A stretch of 41,541 nt of DNA from Paraglomus brasilianum (Eukaryota): contig CAJVPI010000220.1 in the NCBI GenBank assembly GCA_910592345.1, forward strand, positions 1 to 41,541. The letters are read 5' to 3'. Positions 35,004 through 41,541 of the stretch are shown piece after piece. The position numbers and the translations under genes were made by a program. The notes under the pieces are model-generated. The model ran no database searches. It was not told where the DNA came from and saw nothing but the letters and a program-made list of their open reading frames with translations. The first letter of the stretch is position 1, and each line of letters starts with the position of its first letter.

Positions 35004-37862
35004 ATGTCTCAAGGTCAACCATCTAACAACACATATAGGGAGTGGCTAGATAAGAGCATCCAAGAAGGGTTTATCAAACGTTATTCAGAGGATGACATCC
35101 TAGATCGTACACTTCTCGGCCATGGAGGATATGGTGTCGTATACAAAGCCAGGATGAAGCATTCCGGAATATCAGTCGCAATGAAAACTTTGTTTCTCAA
35201 ACAACCTGGGTGTGAAGAAGAATTATATAAACAGTTTATCAAAGAGGTAGTCATTCGTTATCTAGTGTTATAATTGGTATTAATTAATGCATGAACTAAG
35301 TTATTTCCCAATGTGCAATAGCTGAAAACCCATAAGCTGGTAGATGATCATCCAAACATTATACGATTCTTAGGAATATGCCAAGGTATTTAAGTTATTC
35401 TAGTATTGCGCTTTATTGTATACATAATGATGAGTATTAGTTATAACATCCATATGCTTTATGTTTATAATGCATAAGATTCATCTGGTCATTACCATAT
35501 GGTTTTTGACTATGCAGACGGTGGGACTTTGCGTGAACACTTGCAGAAGTGCTTTCCTGATTTGACATGGAAGGACAAATACAAATTGGGTGTGGAGATC
35601 ACTGCTGGATTGATGTATTTACATAGTCTTGACATTGTTCATAAGGATTTGGTATGTATCAATTGCACAGCTTCTTTGCCTAACTGTTGTTATTATATAT
35701 TTGATAAACACAAATTATAATGTTAAAACTTTTCAAATTATTAATATTGACTTTTATATTTCTGAAATTAGTCTTCAACAAATATCCTTATTCAAGGAGG
35801 TATCACAAAAATAACTGATTTTGGATTGTCTGATCCTGTCAAACAAATTATGTCTACATCAAAAGGTGAAGGAAATGTAGCATATATTGATCCATTATCT
35901 TTTAAAGACAATTCTTATAACCGTGGGAAAAAGTCGGATATTTTTAGCCTCGGTGTAATACTTTGGGAGATTTCAAGTGGAAAACTCCCATGTCAAGAGG
36001 TTACCACAACTCAGGGGGTTATTTTATACAGAAATAATGGTTCTCGTGATCCTCCCTTTCCTGGAACTCCTGAAGACTACATCAATCTATATTCAAAATG
36101 CTGGGATGAAAACCCTAATGAACGTCCATCATGTGAAGAAGTAAAAGAGTTAATGACCCAATTGATTTCCCCATTGGATCAAATTGAAAACACAGAAGTA
36201 ACAGCTCCAGAAACAATTCTAGAGACAAATGAGGCTGAACATACTAATACAATAACAAGAGCAGCAACAACTTTACAAGATGCTCTGGACTTAATGTCTC
36301 CTTTAATAGACCTAAAGTACAAAAACATAGGAGATACAGAAGCAACAGCTTTGGCCAAGGCTTTGGAAACAAATTCTTGTTTGACATCTCTAAATCTTCA
36401 AAATAACCTGATAGGGAAAACAGGAGCAACAGCTTTGGCCAAGGTTTTGAAAACAAATTCTTGTAAATTGACATCTCTAAATCTAAATTCCAATAAAATT
36501 GGAGATACAGGAGCAATAGCTTTGGCAAAGGCTCTGGAATCAAATTCTCATTTGACATCTCTAGATCTCCATTATAATGGAGTAGGCAACAAAGGAGTAA
36601 CAGCTTTGGCAAAAGTCCTAGGACAAGATTCTAAATCTTGTCTGACATCTCTGAATCTAGATTTGAATGGAATAAGTGATGAAGGAGCAAAAGCTCTGGC
36701 AAAGGCTTTGAAAACAAATTCCCATTTGACATCTCTGAACCTAGATTATAATAAAATAGGAAATACAGGAATAACAGCTTTGGCAGATGCTCTGAAATCA
36801 AATTCTACTTCTAATTTGACATCTCTAAGTCTAAACAACAATAGGATAGGAGATACAGGAGCAGCAGCTTTGGCAAAAACACTGGAATCAAGGGCTTGTT
36901 TAGCATCTCTAAATCTTCAACATAATCAGATAAAAGAAAAGGGAGCAATAGCTTTAGCAGAGGCTTTGGAAACAAATTCTTGTTTGATATCTCTGGATTT
37001 AGATTGTAATAGAATAATGGATACAGGAACAGCAGCATTGGCAAAGGCTCTGGAATCAAATTCCCATTTGACATCTCTAAAACTATATGACAATAAAATA
37101 GGAGATACAGGAGCAACAGCTTTGGCAAAAGCTCTAGAATTAAATTCCTCTCTGACTTCTTTGGATCTCCAGAGAAATCAAATTGGAGCTACAGGAACAG
37201 CAGCCTTGGCAAAGGCTCTGGAATCAAATTCCCATTTGACATTTCTAAAACTATATGACAATAGAATAGGAGATACAGGAGCAACAGCTTTGGCAAAAGC
37301 TTTAGAATCAAATCCTAATTCTTGCTTGACATGTCTAAATCTAGATTTGAATGGAATAAGTGATGAAGGAGCAAAAGCTTTGGCAACAGCTTTGAAAACA
37401 AATACCTGTTTGAAATCTCTGAATCTAGAAGACAATAAAATAGGATATACAGGAATAACAGCTTTGGCAGTTGCTCTAGAATCAAATTCTTGCTTGACAT
37501 TATTAAATCTTCAATATAACCAGATTGGAGATGAAGGAGCAACAGCTTTAGCAAAAACACTAGAATCAAAAAATTCTCATTTGACATCTCTAGAGCTAGA
37601 TTGCAATGGAATAGGAGATATGGGAGCAGCAGCTTTGGCAAAGGCTCTGGAATCAAATTCCCATTTGACATCTCTAAGTTTAGTTCGGAATAGTATAAAA
37701 GATATTGGTGCAAGAGATTTAGCAAAGGCTCTGGGATCAAACTCTTGTTTGACATCTCTGAATCTCAAATTTAATATGATTGGACATGAAGGAGCAGCAG
37801 CTCTGGCAAAGTCTCTGGAATCAAATTCTTGTTTGATATCTTTAAACCCTCAATATCCATAA
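35004..37862 (+). CDS. Cytoplasmic TKL-type protein kinase fused to 18 ribonuclease-inhibitor/NLRC3-like LRRs (about 856 aa, 4 exons)
   Basis: Exons 35004-35246, 35322-35385, 35479-35651 and 35772-37862 join in frame. Motifs GHGGYGVV, VAMK, HPNIIRFLG, HKDL|SSTNIL, DFG and SDIFSLGV are present. Then 18 28-30-aa repeats (LTSLxLxxNxIGxxGAxALAKALESNSx). No signal peptide or TM segment is evident. Confidence 0.93.
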
Positions 37863-38289
37863 TAATAATAATAAGACCTTAATACTAATCTCAACCCCAA
37901 TTAAATAGGAATGTAATAGTAATAGGTCATATGGAGCAGAGCAATATTTTTATGAATAAAATTCTTTCTAAACATGTTTATAAATCTAGTGATACTAGGC
38001 TGATATCTTTATAAGCAAATACAAATGTGTCTTAATATTTAGTGAAGTTTATTCTGTAACTTTAAAATCGAAAGGTGTTTTTGGTATTGATCATTGCCAA
38101 AAGATAATAAAAAGGAAATGTTTACATCGCACAAATAGATGTTATAGGCTGAGTTGAGGCAACAAACTTTAAAAATGTGGGTTATGTTAATTTGCGGTGG
38201 AGAGTCAATTTGTTACATAGTAATAGTAACAAGTCCTGTTGTAACCAGGGGTGTTTCATGCCAACAATTGTCAATTGTCAGCACTAGGA

Positions 38290-38414
38290 ATTTAGCTATT
38301 TCGAACGGAGTGTTAGTGTGGTGCTCCTACTTTAGTTAAATAAAATACATAGTTGGTGACCTTTAACGCTAGGCTTTCCTACTCACGACCTCAGTGTTCG
38401 ATGCGTAGACACTA
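38290..38414. repeat. Dispersed non-coding repeat, copy 2 (partner at 6252-6360)
   Basis: Same conserved blocks as 6252-6360, with indels between them. Confidence 0.75.
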
Positions 38415-38976
38415 ATCCTCGATAATTAATCCGCCCTCGAGTATGCCTCACAGGTTGGGGTATGATTATAGCTATAACAAATGCGCGTTGGTATGAACAA
38501 TTAATTATCATTCTGATAAAGTACCCCGGGTACTAGAACCAGTGCAATAATTATCCCTTATAATAAATTTTTAATATTTACATATATCGTATTAAGGATG
38601 TTGTATTATAGTCTCGTTTATTTATGTGTTTGCTTTTACAATAAATATATTACGTAACGCGCTGATAACTTTTAAGATTAAATGACAAATTATCCAGATC
38701 GAAATACCACATACCCACTCGACGTGCTGCTAGGTGGGTGGCAACGTCTACTGACGGCCAAGACACAGGTTGGTGAACTCTGAGTTAATATTTTAAAGTT
38801 GACTAGAGCCTTTTTATCACTCTTGTAGGTGACGATACGGGCATCAGAAGGGTTTATTTTATATCGTAAAATATTAGTTATGCACAATATACTGCCATTG
38901 ATCTATTTACATTTATTGATATAGGCACCTAGAAGACACTTGTTCTATGGATTAACGTGGTAGCGTGGAAGCATCT

Positions 38977-39205
38977 ATTATCATTATATCGGCGAGTATT
39001 CCACGGGGATATTACTTTTGCCATGCGGCGAGTTGTTTCCCAGTTTCCTTTGCCATGCGACAAATTGTCGAAGTAAGTAAAGATTATTTATTATCATATC
39101 GGCGAATATTCCACGAGCGTATTCACGCATGCCTGTGCGTACGGGAATATTATTTGTGCCCTGCGGTAAGTTGTTTCCTATGCGGCGAATTTCCTTTTGC
39201 CATGA
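38977..39205. repeat. Imperfect tandem duplication with an internal TTTGCCATGCGGCGA-type motif
   Basis: Two units of about 110 bp, each starting ...ATATCGGCGArTATTCCACG and containing AGTTGTTTCC and TTTCCTTT(T)GCCATG. Confidence 0.65.
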
Positions 39206-40070
39206 ACTAATAATTATATTTAACTCTATAATCAGGAAAATACTAATTTAAATTACAAGTTAGTTAGATATCAGCTATATAATGCAAATTCATGTTATCT
39301 TAATGTTATTTTGACATGACATGTAAATACTGATGAAATAAAAATCGTTATAAACAATTTTCGTCTTCTCTTATTGTTTGTAAACTGATCTTAATATTAA
39401 TATATTTATAGCCTCGTTGGTTGAGTGATAATTATAGCGAAACATTTCTCTTACTTAGCGATTTTAGTTAGTCATGTTATGCAAGCAGAGATTAATTTTA
39501 TACATTCTGATCATTCACGTAATGTATAAAAGGAATAAGAAAGAATGCCAAGGTTTTGCCGCACGTTAAAAGTCTGTTTCAAAAACTATACACAAAACAT
39601 TATAAACATAGTCTGAAGACTTACGGCTGATTTTAAAGGTAGGATTATGGTTCGGCGATTTTACTACGGTAATTTAAATTACTTGAGACATCCACCTTTA
39701 AGTATTGGTACCTGAACGCGTCATCTTGTAGATAAGATTGGTTCTCTCGAAAAAAAAAAGACATGGTTTTGGTTAAGTCGAGGAGCTATATGGAGTTCGC
39801 TCTTCGCCGAGTCGCGTTCTACGGGACCAATCAATCTTTATTATAATTAATGTAGCTTGTATTGGCTACTATCGCATGTAGGGAAACCCGATAATGTTTT
39901 GATGAAATTTTCTGTACAATCCATATTTTTTATGGACTTTATTATAACGACTTAAATGCAACCCACAAAAGAGAAAGGAATATTAATATGCAAAAAAAAA
40001 AAAAAAAAAAAAAAAAAAACATGACACGTAGATTGTCACCACCTTTATAATAAAATTTACTGAATCACAA

Positions 40071-41267
40071 TCAGCCCCAACCCCAAAGTCGTCCCCAAAC
40101 ACCTCCCCCAGTACTCTTATGCTCTTCCATTGGAACAGGATTTGGTAATAGTATTGAGTCATTTATCACAATAGATGACTTTCTTGGCATTCCATTCACC
40201 ACATCCAGTCTCTTATATCCAAATGTAGGGTCATCTTTGGGCACTGGTGGCGGTTTGATTAACTGGGTTTCTCTTAGCTGTAAGCTACAAAACAATCAAA
40301 TACATAATTGGAAGAAAAAATATGAATAAGTAATTTAGACCAAAACACGTTCATACAACAACATAAGCATGATATATGTAAGTGCAAATTTGACTGTTGC
40401 AGAAATTTCCTCATCTGTTTACCCTCCCAAGTCAGTGTCATTGATCGTAGCCGGCACGAAACTGCTCCGTACACTTTCAGTTGTTGACGTTTCATGAGTT
40501 CTTGTGGATAAATTTAATGCCATTGGAGATGTAATCTTTGTTTCAGAGTCCGTTCGAATCGCCATATTATTGAATAGTTGCGTCTCTTCACGAGAGTCTA
40601 AACAGATCAAGGTCAAATATTACAAACATATCAATCGACACACTACCAAGCCTTCAATTTCTAATGCGGCACTTACTCGTAATTCTGAAGCTGCCTATTG
40701 GAGATCCGGAAACTCCCATTGGAGTTCCAAATCTATCGGCCGCTCCAGTACTGCTACATATCGATGACCTTTCAGATATTGTTACATCCCCAAATCCTCC
40801 ACCGGGAGACACGTCAATTTGTCCGTTTATCGGGTAAACTCTATGAATTTCATCAGCTACAGTTCCTCGACGAGAGTCCCCCTTTGCTGTTTCTAAAAGA
40901 TCTTCTAATGTTTCTTGTGGCATTCCATCACCGGCTGCATATCGTAATTGTGATTGAGTGTACCAAGAAAATACACGTCGACGTGCTTTTTCTTGACGAG
41001 AGAGCTGAATGATTATAGAACGAAGAACGAATACGGGATATAATATTGACAGCACATGGGGAATTAAGAAAATTTGTGAAACATCCAGACAAAGAACGTG
41101 TAAAAAGAAACAACAAACTTTAAACCTACCCGAGCTGCATTGAGAATTATAGGTTCATGGTATCTCTTATTATTATCGCGTGGCCCAACTTCTTCGGCTG
41201 ACCAATCGCACGTTGTAATATACCCGCAGTTAGGACAGCTATGTTGTAGCTTCGTGTTATCCGTCAT
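40071..41267 (-). CDS. Hypothetical protein, 4 exons, N-terminal CxxC
   Basis: MTDNTKLQHSCPNCGYITTCDW...ILNAAR|LSRQEKARRRVFSWYTQSQLRYAAGDG...|..SREETQ...|..KPPPVPKDD...VWGRLWGWG*. GT-AG boundaries are phase-compatible. No family recognised. Confidence 0.75.
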
Positions 41268-41541
41268 TATATGATTTTGCGGTTATTATCACAAGAAGGG
41301 AGACAAGCCAGTTTCGGCAACTACTACAACATTCTTTTAAATTTATGTCACTGTCACATGACAGCGTAATCCTACAGTACTTTACAGTATATTCGGTACT
41401 GAGTCAGTCGAATAAGTCCTACCGATATCCAAGTGCACGGGACAGATTATTATTTGGAGCAGACTGCAACAAAACCAGACAAAGTGAACATTTTATTATG
41501 TGACATAATAATAAATGAGAGGCTGATTATGATGTGGCTGT

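Noticed and set aside
36244..37768. Several minus-strand ORFs (MPKLLLL..., MSSRFRD...) and their counterparts at 9203-9530
   Set aside because: They are antisense shadows of the periodic LRR coding sequence.

Overview
AT-rich eukaryotic (fungal) genomic DNA with many short GT-AG introns. The gene families point to an early-diverging Mucoromycota fungus, most likely an arbuscular mycorrhizal (Glomeromycotina) species; this is an inference. Conserved multi-exon genes: a Tvp38/TMEM64-type VTT membrane protein, TMEM135, SWD2/WDR82, a Zim17/Hep1 DNL zinc finger, ELF1 and an AP-4 mu subunit, plus three hypothetical genes. Accessory material lies between them: an intact cytoplasmic TKL kinase fused to 18 near-identical RI-like LRRs with a decayed paralog, a Crinkler-like REase+kinase pseudogene, a Sel1-BTB remnant, Tc1/mariner and pogo-type elements and MITEs, and a triplicated fragment of a cellular RdRP catalytic motif. 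The two best signals missing from the ORF track are a degenerate geminivirus/genomovirus-like (CRESS-DNA) Rep fossil at about 30.8-31.4 kb and a candidate intronic H/ACA RNA in the last SWD2 intron whose 5' pocket matches the U6 snRNA Psi31 site. Exon boundaries were assembled by eye and no database searches were run.
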